A program made the translations under genes and the position numbers. From Mytilus californianus (Eukaryota), in contig NW_026262723.1 of the NCBI RefSeq assembly GCF_021869535.1, forward strand, positions 87,358,001-87,422,000: a stretch of 64,000 nucleotides of DNA, in the 5' to 3' direction. This document shows, in pieces, positions 25,801 through 39,346 of the stretch. Under the pieces are notes generated by a model, which searched no databases, was not told the DNA's origin, and saw only the letters and a program-made list of their open reading frames with translations. The stretch's first letter is position 1. Every line of letters begins with the position of its first letter.

Positions 25801-27017
25801 CTAGGGCGAAGTTCTGAAATTGACGCGACAAAAAAAAAACCCACACATCTAGTTTAATATAGTCAAATAGTCTGTAAGTTAACCAGTGTCATCTTTCATT
25901 TCTCTTTTTATTTTCAATGATTTTGCTAATGAGAGGGAGAGGACAAAAACAGACTTTCCTTTCTAAAGCGTCGTGAAAGGTTATTTCGAACAATTTTTCA
26001 TTCTGAAGGTTAACTTTGTGTGGCAACAACATCATGAGATCTGATACTGATACATACATGTGATCTCTTGTATTACCGGATAATAAAGTAGGTGAATATA
26101 GTTGTTATTTTTGATTCTTGAAAATTTAGATGTGGGTTTCAAACGTCCAATTTGCAACTTTTTTCAAACAGTACGCCAGCAAGGAAAACTTGTACTATGA
26201 CGTCAGATTCAATGTTCTGAAGAAAGACAACTCTTTTCTTCAAAACGAACGAGAAAAAAACATGAAAATTAATAATAACTTTTTTGAAAGGTCGGTGACA
26301 TATACATTTTTTTGCTTTATTTTGAAGAGTACACATGGCACTTTCCTTCTTGAAATTTTTATGAAAAAATCACTGGTAGATATTTTTTAATACTTGTAAA
26401 AGTTTTTCATTCTTGCGTTTTATTTTTGGCGGGAATGAAATAAATCATATTTTTTAAGATCAAAACAATAAGAGTCTTAAACTCTTGAACCTGTATTTGA
26501 TAGACACAAATCTACTGTTTAACATGAAACAAGAACTATGCTTGTAGGTTTGATATAATGGGATTTTTTGAGAGTTTAAATAACAAGCAAATATCATGTT
26601 AATATTCGGGAAAACACGAAACTGAGGTTGCTATAGTGACAAAACTAAGTCGGTGACCCCCAATTTTTTTTATCATATTTTGTTCCTCAAATCATGAAAT
26701 ACCTTCACACAAAATTTTAAGGAAAAATCACTGGTAGAACTGAATAGGCTGTTTGGTCTTTAATAAATTGGTTAATACACCAAAAACGAAGTCGGTGACC
26801 ATACAAATATTTTATATCATATAAACGGAAATTGATGTATTAACATCATATAGTTTTTAAAGAAAAATCGTTGTGGCGAATAACAATTATCGGACACGTT
26901 TGGGTGATGTGAAATCGGACACGTTTGGGCGATTTGGGATTTTAAGGACACGTTTGGTCGAAATAGACACGTTTGGCGGAATCGGACGCGTTTAAGGGAA
27001 TGGACACGTTTGAGAGT
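22811..27017. mobile_element. Composite ~4.2 kb region bounded by inverted arrays of caaacgtgtcc / ggacacgtttg, with nested inverted segments
   Basis: 22811-23045 is inverted relative to 26890-27017. ggtcaccgacttcgtttt (23613) is inverted at 26785, and taaagaccaaacagcctatt (23762) is inverted at 26744. ttgcgccgat repeats (24060-24130) are inverted at 24720-24765. Confidence 0.65.
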
Positions 27018-27033
27018 CCCAGGAATGATTATT

Positions 27034-28370
27034 TGTAGGACTCAAATCTATGGTGGATTCCAGATCTATGGCAAACTCCTAATCTATGGCAAATATGACG
27101 TCACAAACGCCAAACAAATCATAAATCTATGGCAGTTTTTTGTTTTCTCCAAATCTATGGAAGATTTTGAAACAACGTAATGTTCCGTCACAATTTAATA
27201 ACGTCATGTAACGTCCAAGCCGCCGTTAACGATGACGGTTTTGTTATATAGAAGGAAAAGAAAAGGCCATTTCAAGGACTCTAATCCATCAATTAAATTA
27301 TATTTCAGAATTCGAGTTTACTTTAACAGAAATCCCTGTAAATGAGAAGATGTAATCATCTGATTCGGACGAAATAAGAATTCTAGCGAACAAACCCAAT
27401 CATTCGTAGCAGCAAAATTGCTGGTGCAGGCAATTTCACACTAATAAATATGTTTTTAGTGTTTTTGCTGTTTATGTTTCGTGTTTGGGTCCGCACCTTG
27501 TTTTCTTGTTCTCGTGTTTCTGGTGTTGCCCTCACCCCTAATTGCATGAGTTTTTACTGTTTATTTTGGTTTGCTTTTTGCTTTCTTTCATAATTTTTCG
27601 TCGTGATATGCTGTTTTATTGTTATTTTTAATGGTCTCTTTAAAAAAAATTTACATGTAAAATAACCAATAGCATTTTGTCAGCTATATAACAGTGACTA
27701 CCTGTACTATTGTAGCAAATAATCTTTCCTGAGATTTTCCACTATATTTATGTCGAATAACGGTACTGTTGGAAAAATAAGCATTTTCATAAGAAAGCCA
27801 CGTGTTTGAGGCAAGTCATTGTTCGTTACAGGACTTTGACTTAAATCATGATCAGTTAAAAAGATTTATTAAGGCTCAAAAAAAATTTTAGGTAAAAAGT
27901 GAAATGCGTTTTGGGTTGTTAAGGGACTTTGTTAAATGAAGCGCCACACAGGTACCATGTACAGAGTAGGAAATGCTTATTATTCCGGACACATCATTTC
28001 ACCCCTAAAGTCTGTGTCCATTTCACAAATGGTTATGGATATGCTTCTTAGTCGTACTTCTTATCCGTTTTTCTTATACTGGCGTTAACTTAAAAGCAGC
28101 CTTTTCGCTACCTTTGAAAATTTCGACTTGTTTAAGGCAACTTTGAAATCATTGGTCCGCCATTTGTAGAAAATATGTCATTGATTTGAAAACTAGAAAT
28201 CCGCGATAGCTTAGGAAACTAAAAAATTGCCATAGATTAGGAAACTAAAAAATTGCCATAGATTAGGATTCTAAATAATCTGCCATAGATTGGGATGGCA
28301 TAACGTCATATTTACCATAAATTAGGAATTTGCCATAGATATAGAACCCACCAAAGATTTGAACCCTACA
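27034..28370. mobile_element. Non-autonomous TIR element with subterminal atctatggca repeat arrays
   Basis: The left end tgtaggactcaaatctatggtgg..atctatggcaaa matches the reverse complement of the right end ...tttgccatagat..ccaccaaagatttgaaccctaca. Confidence 0.75.
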
Positions 28371-29599
28371 TATATATTCTAAAAATACCTGTATGGATAA
28401 TTTCGTTAGCGTCATTTTGTTATCGAATTTTATGTAGATTATATTTGCATTCTTTTGTTATTTATTTTCCATTATATTAAAAGGACACATGTGAGGTTTT
28501 TGATTGTAAATCGTAATATATTACAGTTACTTAAGACTTTCAATTTATATCCATTTAGAAGTTGCTATGATGTAAAATTAAACTCAATTTGTAAAGAATA
28601 AATTACTTTAAATTTTTCGTAGTTATGACGTCACATTTAAAAGGCACTGTCTGTCTTTGAACAACATATCAACTAGGTTTGATTGGTCCAATAGCACACG
28701 TATATCAAACTGTTAGTCATTTTGTAAAGATACAACTGAATTCATGCTATATGTCGACCTTTAAACTTCTATAAATACTGTTAATATCTTATAGACAATG
28801 CATTTTAAAATTAGCACATACCTCGCAATTATTTTCTGCAACTTTTAGCACAAAGACTAATGGTACACCTCCTTTTTATGGAATAAAACTTTTAAAGTTC
28901 ATGTATAAATGGTTTTGTTTTGCAAAATACGGAATCCGATTATCTAATTTTCACAATCTTTTAGTTATGAATTATCATTCGGAGAACCCCTTTCTGCATT
29001 TATTTTGGTATCCGTGAACTTAAACTTGGAATCATGTTTACCCCCCAAAAAAAATCTTATTAAGATCTCTCTCGTGTTACATGTGACTATATATCCTAGT
29101 TTGTTTCTAATCCAAAGTAAATTCCCCGAGTATCACCCATTAATCCTTTTCTACACTGATTTGGTTTTATTTATTTTAGCTTCTGTGACCTTTAACTTGG
29201 ATGCGTTGACCTTACACTAAGAAATGTCATCCTCATTATATTTATATATTACATTGCTTCTCTTTTCCATCAAGATTCACGTTAGTGACTGATAATATGT
29301 TAAAATGGGAAGCCGTGGAAACAATAAATTAATAAAAGTGTTAAATAAGCATTACATTTTGTCTCCAGTACATGTATCGAAATATTTAAAACAGAAAAGC
29401 CATCTGTTTTGATGAGAAAAGACAAACAAACACTTTTTCGTCATTGAAAAGGGGATTATAACATGTATCGTAAATTCTTATTTGGACAAGCACTGGTTTG
29501 CGAAAAAGCTTGTTTGATTTTAGTATCTATTAAATGTAAACAGAAGTGTGTTCCTAGACTATAGTGCAAGTTCTGGTATAGGTTTAGGACTTCAGTTAA

Positions 29600-30368
29600 T
29601 GCGGCGTTCACACATTGCCGATTATGGCTCCCGTTTGAGATCAGACAGCGCTAAGACACGAAAAGTGAAAAAGTCGGATTACTATCCTCAATGATCTGGA
29701 ATGTCCTATCATTATCTGAACGCAGTCGTATACGTTCATAACAGATTCCTACGGATCGGAAATGGTCCGGAGAGGTCGGCCAAGCACCCCCGACAGTTAG
29801 GTGCATCCCGTAACATTCGGGGAAACTCAGCCGATTTTGTCTAGTCGTTTTACAATCGTGACTATGTCGTGAAAGATTCTGTATCGGATCAAAATCGTAA
29901 CAATGTTCTGTGTTTTCTGGACGGTGTCCTGTGGAACGGGCATGATCTGGAGAAATTTGTCACTGCTGTTTTTTTGCCGATTGAGTCCAGATTGCATCCA
30001 GATCTTGCCGAATACGAACCGTCTTTGTTCCGGAACAGTCCCGTTATTAATACGAAATTCGGCATTAATACTCGGAGTCCCGACAATTACAGAACACGAT
30101 ACGACGGAGTCCCGACGAAGCCGTTTGCAATGCGGTACATCAGACTGTGCTAGGATTGCATTCCGGTAGTACCTGATCATCCCGGATATGGCGATTTCTT
30201 TTTATAGGACGAGACTATCACATGAAACGGTTTTCTAACGGATATCTTCCGTTAGCGTCGGTTTACTGTCTGTTCATTGTCTGATCTCTGTCGGATCGCA
30301 TTCGGCAGAATCGGGACGCTGTCGGGACGTATTCGGTTGAAGGCATTTGGCCCTGTAAATGACCAGGC
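29600..30368. mobile_element. GC-richer non-autonomous DNA element, PIF/Harbinger-like ends, TTAA on both flanks
   Basis: Flanks ttaa at 29596-29599 and 30369-30372. Left end tgcggcgttcacac, right end gtaaatgaccaggc. GC is sharply higher than the flanks and atcgg/ccgat words are dense. The superfamily call is from recall. Confidence 0.5.
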
Positions 30369-30539
30369 TTAATAATATAATCTTAACACTTTATTGCAGA
30401 AAGGTCCCTTTGACGTCATGTCCAATTTAAGTATTTGACATCAAATGCACATGCGCTTGTGGAATTGATCCCCCTTTTCTGCATATATATTGTTTTGGTG
30501 TTTAATTTTTTTTAGTAAATTTGCATTGATATTCTTACT

Positions 30540-32150
30540 TATTGTCATTGATGTCTGAGCAAAAAATAATAATGAGCCAGGGTCTTGTCAAAGAACGTCT
30601 CGTCCTTTCTCAAAAAGTTCACCGGATGGTACCAAGACCTAATAGAAAAATATTCAAGATCAACTTCACAAAAAATACAGAATGATCTTGAGTAATATTT
30701 ATATTCTGCTTGCTGACGTTGTGTATCATTTTATTTCTTTTCCAATTTTCCCTTTATTTTTTTTGTATTATAATAGATATAGGAAGATGTGGTATGAGTG
30801 CCAATGAGACAACTCTCTATCCAAGTTACAATTAATAAAGTAAACCATTATAGGTCAAGGTACGGCCTTCAACACGGAGCATTGGCTCAAACCGAACAGC
30901 AAGCTATAAAGGGCCACAAAAAATTACTAGTGTAAAACCATTCAAACGGAAAAACCAACGGTCTAATCTATATAAAAACGATAAACGAGAAACACGTATG
31001 AACTACATAAACAGACGACAACTACTGTAATCAGATTCCTGACTTAGGACAGGTGCAAACGTTTGCAGCGGGATTAAACGTTTTAATGGTACCAAACCTT
31101 CTCCCTTTTCTGAAACAATAGTATAACATCACAACATAGAAAAACACACTATAAAATATCAATTGGAAGACTTAACTCAATCAAAAAACGTAAATTAACA
31201 CACAATGAACGAATAAATTTGACCTGTGACACCTGAATGCAAATACACAGTTAATAAAAAATTACAAGGGATAAATAATTAAAGTCAAAAGTAAATAAAC
31301 AGGTTTAAACAAAGTTAAAGTATGATATCACTGTGAAATTTCAACCAATTTATAGAAAATCATCACTTTTGAAAAAACCTGCGTCATATTATACACAGGT
31401 AAATGAAAATAATTTTGTTGTTAAGTATACTTCTTCTTCTGTGTGTATAAAATCTTCCGTTTAGGAATACCAAGAAATTTCTTTAATATCAATAAAACTG
31501 ATCTAACACTTGGTACATATGGGGTGAATATCAACAATAAAAATATACAATTAGTGCTAGATAAAACTTCCTGTACAGGTCCAAGAACAGCATCTAAGGA
31601 AAAATGAAATGATTTTGATGTTCATAGTACGAAGAAGTGAAAATTTGTAGTAATTAAATACCAAATAATCAAAGCTGGTATATAGACAAGATCCATGTTA
31701 ACATTAAATAACAAAAAAGCGTTACAAATAGTATCAACAGGTCAAATTAAAAAGAAAGTACGATTTGAGAATGTTCCTTTTGGTCGTATGACTCGATTCG
31801 TCATTCGGTATTCGGTTTTGGGGCGTTCCTGATGCGGTTGGGTCCAGGGGGGCGCTTCGGACACATACGATTTCATAGTGTTTTTTTTTCATTTTGTTTT
31901 CCCTCGTATTTGTATTTTCCTAAATTTGTACTTTATTGGGAAAGTGTGTATACATATGTTCTTATGTTTTACTATACTGTACTAGATCATATTTATTATC
32001 ACCTACAGAAACTGTTTTGTTGACGCCTTGTTTCGATTTAATTGTATGTTTGTTTGAATAATTCAATTTGTTATGATGTATATCTAGGATGTTTGTTTAT
32101 ACAATTTTAGTTCCTGGATCCCTATTATTGCCACATTTGAAATTATGTCT
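30540..32150 (+). mobile_element. Penelope-like element remnant, split by a family A insertion
   Basis: agccagggtcttgtcaaagaacgtctcgtcc (QGLVKERLVL) matches 48160-48190. Similarity to 48350-48650 resumes at 31790 after the insertion. Confidence 0.6.
30774..31260 (+). repeat. Dispersed repeat family A, subtype B, long copy
   Basis: Matches 10615-10888 and the reverse complement of 49262-49727. Confidence 0.85.
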
Positions 32151-32689
32151 GCTAGGATTGCTCACACAATTTTCACTCACACTATTACGGAGATTTATAC
32201 AACTGTCATACAAATCAGAGGTTAAGGACACGATGCAGAAAAAAAAATAAACCCATCATAGATACCAGGATTAAAATTTTGTACGATAGACGCGCGTTTC
32301 GTCTACAAAAATGAGGATATTTTGTCAGTTTTTGCTGTTTTGCAGAAAATATAAGAAGTTTGAAACTCTAGTGCGAATATGTAAGACAAAATTCAAAAAT
32401 ATAAATACTGATGTCCAGCAGACTTGTGTCTTTTAAAAAAATAAAAGGATGTTATTTGGTAGATTTTTAATTATACCTTTTAATTTTCGATGGACCAATA
32501 AAGTGGCATCATCTTCCTTTGGATGTTCTACTTTGAATTGTCTCCAAGGTCGATAAACAACCAGTGTTAATTAAACAACCGAAGTTAGTTGTTATAATGA
32601 CACTTTAACTTTGCAGCAATTTGAAATTTGAAAAAAATATATACTACAGTAGACAAGTTCGATAAAGGAAACTGATAACCACTATGATG

Positions 32690-33150
32690 AGTCATAGATA
32701 AAACTAGTTTTCTCCGAGCTTTAAGTGATGTCACCACAATCTATTAATATAAGGAATATATCTATAAATATATATCCATAGAACTTATCTATACAAAGGT
32801 CAACTATCATTATTACGATGTGTCGTATCGTTCTGAATACGTCGAAATAATTTTCAACACTACCAACAGTAAGTAAACCTAGTAAATAAATTAATAGGAC
32901 ATTAAAGCATTAAATTGTAAGCAAACTAAGTTTATAAAGAATATGTAGTAATGAAAATTTTGAGAACTTTTTAAATATACATTGGTGTTTAATACTCGTG
33001 GACAAAATGTCATGATCAAATTAAAAATAAATCAATTACAAATACGAGGAAGTAATTCTCATTAAGCTATATAGTTAACTCCTTTATATACGCAAATTTA
33101 ACACAAAGCTAAGTATCTACTTTTCAATTGTAATCTATTTTAAGTCAATA
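32690..33150 (+). promoter_or_regulatory. Conserved non-coding block upstream of copy 4 (paralogous to 18720-19130)
   Basis: Same colinear motifs as 18720-19130. A candidate donor GTAAGT lies at 32869-32874. Confidence 0.5.
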
Positions 33151-34402
33151 TTATTTACTCATCTAAATACCGAGGTTTTGCCCACCCGGTGAATAATACT
33201 GTCAGTACTGCTGGGAGGGCGTTTCGTTTCGGAGGCTACCACCAGCCCAGATCAGCGCTTATTTGCGTGCATGAAACATAATTGATAGGTCATTTTCTGA
33301 AATTTACTATCTATACAATGTTAAAATTAATTGAAACACTTAGGATTTTCTTCCTCCAGCGAGAGGTTTTTGGTTTTCAATGCTCATCAACGTTATTATT
33401 GATTTGTCCCTCCAACTGTTTTATTCGAGCGCAAATGCTGATTCTCAATTAGTCGCATGCTCGTCTAGCGTACTGAATTATAAGGTTAGTATTTTTCATG
33501 AGTTTTTACTTGCAATAGCAGCAATGACAGCAATTACGTATTATCAAAGAGGCAGGGCAAAACTCTTCTGCATTTATTGCTCTCCTCGCAGTGTCAAATT
33601 AAAAAAAGATGTCAAATACATTTGTATTACTGGCAGTCGAATATCAAAGGGTATATATAATATACTTAAAACATTTGGCAACGACTTTTATTTATTTCAT
33701 CTAGTAAGACAAAATGTTTTGCGGTGATCGATGTATCTGTTGTTGCCATTTTGATACATTTTTTTCCAAATTTAACATGTGTTTTTTTTAAATATTTTGC
33801 ATCGAATGACGTCGCTAACCAAAATTATTTTAATTTGTATCCAGAAAACCATATATAGCATAAGTCTAACATATTTTGGTTTTGATTAAAAATATACTTA
33901 TACAAAGTTTGGATAAATAATCAAAAACTGTTAAAAAAATGTGACTTTCGGCTAATCTGCAGACGCCTATAATTTCGTTACCTGTTGTTAGAGCCTCAAA
34001 GAGCAAACAGCTGCGAATCTTTCAAATTAAGTAAAGGGTTGAAAGACTTTTTAAAAATGTCCTTTAAACATATTAAAGTTTGCTGCATATTGTTTAAATA
34101 ACCTAAAATAAATAGCATATCGAATCTGAAGATCTATCTTTGTATATCAAAAATCCTTAAATTATCTATTTTCTAATTGTATTTAATCGCAAAAAGAATT
34201 ACTTCTCTGTTGTCCCCGGCTTACACGTTACAACAATGATTGGGCTGCATACACATATAACGGTTGATTCTTGGTTGTTTAACTAATTTCCTATGTCAGA
34301 TATTTCATCCATATTTTGAAAGAGAAAAAAAAAAAACAAATTACAATTGATTCAATAGGTAGTTGTACTTTAAGCCACATATTTTATTTTACAGCAAATA
34401 TA

Positions 34403-35899
34403 ATGAATCAACTGTGCAAAATTTTGCGTGCTACATTCATCGTTCCGTTTTCTGCTGGTCTGATAAAGGAGCGACGAAATGTAGGATTTTCAGTACATGA
34501 CGGCAGTATTGCTGGAGTAGTTCTATTGACCACAGCCATGATCATCATATTTGAAACAATAGTTGTACTACCAGTGAATCAGTCTCGATTGCTGATGATA
34601 GGACTTGCAGGTCTGGCGTTAATCGGTCTAGTGATGTGCAGTGTTGCAGCTCGATGCCGTTCTAACTGGGTAGAAATAAAAATTGTAAAACCTAGCGATC
34701 AATTGAAACTAAAATTTCTGTGGTTGTTTTGTATCGGGAATATTATATATCAAGCATTGCAACTAGCGATGCACCTCGTCTGCAAGGTTTACAACTTCCA
34801 AGTCACACTATTTTGGGCGTTCACCTGGACATTTCAGATATGTCAAACTGTTTTCATTCACTATTTTTCTAGATTTGAATTTGCAAATGTTTTGTGTTTG
34901 TATTACGGTTTATTGGTTTTATTTGTGACAAATATTTCAATGTGGTCACAGCAAACTTTCTATACATACAGAATTAATCATGATATAAATATCAGCTATC
35001 TCATTAATAGCACAGTCTCAAACTGTTTATACGTTGATGGACTCTCTAAGGCAGTAGGATTTTTAAATCCGTATCTGCAACCGGTATTACTAGAATACTC
35101 TCTTCTAAGTTTGATATTTCTTTCCGAAATGTGGCCAAAAAAGAAGGTTGAATTTGAGACACTCAACATTTCCCTTTCAACAGACATAGACGATGAAAAT
35201 CAAACATTACTGGTACAAAATGATGACCTGGATAGTGAACAACACCCACTACTGCCGCGCTGTAGTGTCTGGCATAAAAATTCAGTACGTGTCCTAGTAA
35301 TTGGTTTACTATACAATTTCTCATTTATGCTAATTCAGTGTATTTACATATATGGACCGAGGGAAAAAATGACAGATTACAGATCATTTTCCAACATTGT
35401 CTTCTTTTGTGCTAATTTAGTACGAACGCCGCTAATAATCAAGTGTTTCTATGCATTGAACGGACAACTAAGACCAAAACAGGAAACTAATAGTGGGATG
35501 AGCTTAGATCAGTTTGTTATTATAACAAGTTCTTTCGCAACTTGTGGATATTATATTTTAGATTGTTTCGGTGATGCATATCCAAATTCAAAACCATTAG
35601 AAGTTCTGTTTCGAATTAATGCTGTCCTCCGTGTTTTTGCTACACTTTTTCAAACATTATTTATTTTGCAAATGAAACACTACAAAAAGATAGGAGACCA
35701 AAAGCCTTTTTGTTCAGTACAAAATACTTTTTTGTTTGTATCCTTGGTAAATCTTGGAATATGGATGTCTTACACTTTTGTTAATCCCAGATATCGTGTG
35801 AGACAATCTAATTTTTTATTGGAAAGTTTTTGGTTTCCATTTGTAATATTCTATCATTTCGAATGTTTTGTCGCATTTTACAAGTTCTTTCGAGCATAA
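34403..35899 (+). CDS. Otopetrin-family 12-TM channel, copy 4 (close paralog of copy 3); single coding exon, 498 aa
   Basis: Same motifs as copy 3. Start placed at ATG 34403 (MNQLCK), which aligns with the copy 3 start and follows acceptor attttacag by 8 nt. AATAAA at 35904. Confidence 0.92.
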   Translation: MNQLCKILRATFIVPFSAGLIKERRNVGFSVHDGSIAGVVLLTTAMIIIFETIVVLPVNQSRLLMIGLAGLALIGLVMCSVAARCRSNWVEIKIVKPSDQLKLKFLWLFCIGNIIYQALQLAMHLVCKVYNFQVTLFWAFTWTFQICQTVFIHYFSRFEFANVLCLYYGLLVLFVTNISMWSQQTFYTYRINHDINISYLINSTVSNCLYVDGLSKAVGFLNPYLQPVLLEYSLLSLIFLSEMWPKKKVEFETLNISLSTDIDDENQTLLVQNDDLDSEQHPLLPRCSVWHKNSVRVLVIGLLYNFSFMLIQCIYIYGPREKMTDYRSFSNIVFFCANLVRTPLIIKCFYALNGQLRPKQETNSGMSLDQFVIITSSFATCGYYILDCFGDAYPNSKPLEVLFRINAVLRVFATLFQTLFILQMKHYKKIGDQKPFCSVQNTFLFVSLVNLGIWMSYTFVNPRYRVRQSNFLLESFWFPFVIFYHFECFVAFYKFFRA

Positions 35900-36101
35900 T
35901 GAAAATAAACTTCGTATGAACTTGTAATGACAACACACGTACTTGCATTGACCGTTTTGTTATCGTTATAAAATTACCGAATTCTATGTTAATTGTATGC
36001 ATTAATTTTGTAGTTTGTTTTTAATAAGTTAAAAGGACAAAGTGCGATTATGGACGTTTGTTAGTCGTAATTTTTCACTGAGACATTACAGTATATATTA
36101 A

Positions 36102-36868
36102 GGATGTACACCTCTGAGGAGCCAAAAATTTCTAGAATTAAACTTTTTTTCTTAACCTGATTTTTGGGTTTAAATGACTGTAAAAAAATAATTGGTGAAG
36201 AATAAATCATATGGTGGTGCACTTCTATTTTTGCTACGGCCCGTTGAAAGTACCAAATTTTGATGATTTTCCCATTTTTTCATCAATTTTTACCCATTTT
36301 GGGGCTATTATCGTGAAAAAAATCACAGTTCCACAATTAGACATTTGTTCATACTTTCAATAAAGATGAAGTGGACCAATCTGAATAAATTTTACTTAAA
36401 AAAACTATAGGTAGTGTTAATATAAGAAAGTTTTATCATATTTTGATGCTTTTTCGTGTCAAATTTACCATGCTGTCAATTTTGTAAATTTGTGATTTTT
36501 CTCTGTTTTAAGAACAAAATGCATATTATTTCAACTTCTTTGTTATAAATGATTGAAAAATACATATCTAAGAAATTTGAAAAGAAAAAGGGATATGGCA
36601 TGTACATGTTTCTGATAAAATCCTTTCTTGTACCCCTCACTCATTTTCTCAAAATATTGGCTAAAAAGACTGACTTGATTGGTAATAAAATTTGAAAAAT
36701 TTATTAGTACTCAAAAACTACTTATTGTAAATACACAATTCTTTCACAGAGTTAAGTTTGATTATAACATTTTCTAAATTCATTGATATTTTCCACTTGT
36801 ATCACATGTTTTGGAAATAATTCCAGAACGAGATTTCAACGAGACTGAAACGTCAGAAGAATACATCC
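36102..36868. mobile_element. Kolobok-like non-autonomous DNA transposon
   Basis: TTAA at 36098-36101 and 36869-36872. TIRs GGATGTAcacctctgagg / GGATGTAttcttctgacg. GG...CC ends with a TTAA target fit Kolobok rather than piggyBac. Confidence 0.75.
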
Positions 36869-37667
36869 TTAATATAAAACAAAGTTCAGTACAATTAGTA
36901 AAGACATCATACCAAATGTAATTATGACGTCATAGAACAGATACTTCCTGGCATTTTGTATTTATATTTTCTATAGCAACATATTTACTTAGTTTCATTG
37001 GTGCATGTCTATATTTCCACTCGAAAACGCATGTCCCAATTTTTACCGTCTTTCGACCTTAAAATTCGAAAATTATTGAAGCAGTTTAATTGAAATTACA
37101 TTTTTAATTTTGCACATATCGGTCATTAATTTTTTTGCATTTTTATAGAATTTTGGCTCAAATAGGAATCTCTGAAAAATCACCTCTTTATGATTTTTTT
37201 TAAAACTTAAAACTCCTTATATTTTCTTCAATTTCGTGTATATACTTTTATCTCTGGGTAAATACCTTTTTTTTCTCCTTTTTTCGTTTTCGTTCTTGTT
37301 GTTTTTGTTTGTTTGTTTAATTGCTTGTCTTAATTTTTCTGACTTGATACAGTTTACTTTGCTATCCCAAATATCAGTTATGTTTAAGGCTTTTAGAATT
37401 TTTCAATTTTTGTCATAAATTGTAAACACATTTGTACGTTACACAAACCAGTTCTCATCATACATAATTATAGTTTTATCATAGTTATATTATTTTATTG
37501 TTGTTGTTTATTATCCCTTTAAGTAGTGTAACTATATTTCATCCCTTTATTCTTTGTATAAAATGTAGTCTATGAGACGACTACATTTGATTTACATAGA
37601 AGTTATAAATAATTATTTAATCTTTTCTCTTGTTCTTTAAAAAAAACCTATTAATTTGATAAAACAG

Positions 37668-39346
37668 GAATAGTGTCATTCGTTTCAAATTTTCCAGATG
37701 CAGTAACACTTTCAGACGGTGTTTCATAGTTATGGATTTTGAATGAAATATGTATTGCGTCTATTTTTGTCATCAAATTGATACCTTATCACTGGTTTTT
37801 TTTGACAATATGAATCCATGTACTGTCTTATCCTTTTCTGGTTTGGTTGCAAAAACCTGATTTTTTTTTCACATTTGAATGCTTAGTTACTTCGTCATTT
37901 TTTAAAGGGTCTGATTGCAAGATAAAAGTAGAGAAAGGTTGTTTTACCTTGCTTGGTGATACTGAAGTAACGAAATCTTTTCAGTAACTGAACTGAAAAA
38001 ACATTAAATGCTGCAAGAGGTATACTAGTGATTAAATTAGATGTAATATTTACTTTCAATTCGACATTTGAAAATATCATTAAAAGAAGGAGAATTGTTA
38101 AGATTTCCAATAAGACAACTATTCACCCAAGTCGAAAGGCAAAAAATTTGGAACAACTACATGCTACCGTTCGACCTTCAACAATGAGTTAACTCTTACC
38201 ATAAACTAATCTGTGAAAGGCCCCGGGATGACAAAGTGACAAATTAAAAAGAAAACGAACTGCCAGATTTAAACTTAAACTATAAAATATAAATGATAAA
38301 GAGCGCAACAAATGACATTCACCAGATAAGAGATTCCTTGGACAGGTACATAAAATATGTGGCGGCATTAAGCATGTTTGTGAGTAGTCATCATGGCTTG
38401 AGGTAATCGAGAAACACGGAGAAATTATGAATAGTGTCATTCATTTCAAATTTTCCAGATGCAGTAACACTTTCAGACGGTGTTTCATAGTTATGGATTT
38501 GGAATGAAATATGTATTGCGTCTATTTCTGTCATCAAATTGATACCTTATCACTGTTTTTATTTGACAATATGAATCCATGTACTGTCTTATCCTATTCT
38601 GGTTTAGTTGCCAAAACCTGATTTTTTTTCACATTTGAATGCTTAGTTACTACGTCATTTTTAAAGGGTCTGATTGCAAGATAAAAGTAGAGAAAGGTTG
38701 TTTTACCTTGCTTGGTGACACTGAAGTAACGAAATCTATTCAGTAACTGAACTGAAAAAAACATTAGAGGCTGCAAGAGGTATACTAGTGATTAAATAAG
38801 ATGTAATATTTAATTTCAATTCGACATTTGAAAATATCATTAATATAAGGAGATTTGTTTAGATTTCCAATAAGACAACTATCCACCTAAGTCGATAGGC
38901 CAAAAATTTGGAACAACTACTAGTACATGCTACCGTTCGACCTTCAACAATGAGTTAACTCTTACCATAAACTAATCTATGAAAGGTCCCGGGATGACAA
39001 AGTGACAAATTAGATAGAAAACGAACTGCCAGATTTAAACTTAAACTATAAAATATAAACGATAAAGAGCGCAACAAATGACATTCACCAGATAAGAGAT
39101 TCCTTGGACAGGTACATAAAATATGTGGCGGCATTAAGCATGTTTGTGAGTAGTCATCATAGCTTGAGGTAATGGAGAAACAGCACAAAATAAGAACGAA
39201 CTGTTAAAATCAGTTGAATAACACGACTCTATGACAGGTAAAATATTATCAAAAGTAAGTAAATCATCAAGGTAAAGGTAAGTATTGTGACGAATTGTTA
39301 GTTCCCTGCACTGGAACTTGTTTCCCCAAAAATTGTGTGTTGACAT
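37668..39346 (-). mobile_element. Degenerate Penelope-like RT remnant whose 3' part is tandemly duplicated (~760 bp unit: 37668-38428 and 38429-39182)
   Basis: Minus-strand YLDDLLTFDN (RT YxDD-like) near 39270, followed by decayed downstream segments. The direct repeat starts gaatagtgtcattc. The duplication is certain; the PLE call is tentative. Confidence 0.55.

Noticed and set aside
26890-27017. Array of ggacacgtttg units that looks superficially CRISPR-like (also 27050-27170 and 4760-4812)
   Set aside because: Repeats and spacers are too short and irregular, each array has an inverted partner as in TIR elements, and the context is eukaryotic with no cas genes.
29827-30180. Overlapping ORFs on both strands in a GC-richer patch
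   Set aside because: They lie inside a TTAA-flanked non-autonomous element. Higher GC explains the open frames, and no transposase motif is visible.
34316-34402. N-terminal extension of the copy 4 ORF (likewise 46053-46118 for copy 5)
   Set aside because: No paralog match; it crosses a clear splice acceptor, and 34316 is a TTG start. Treated as intron.
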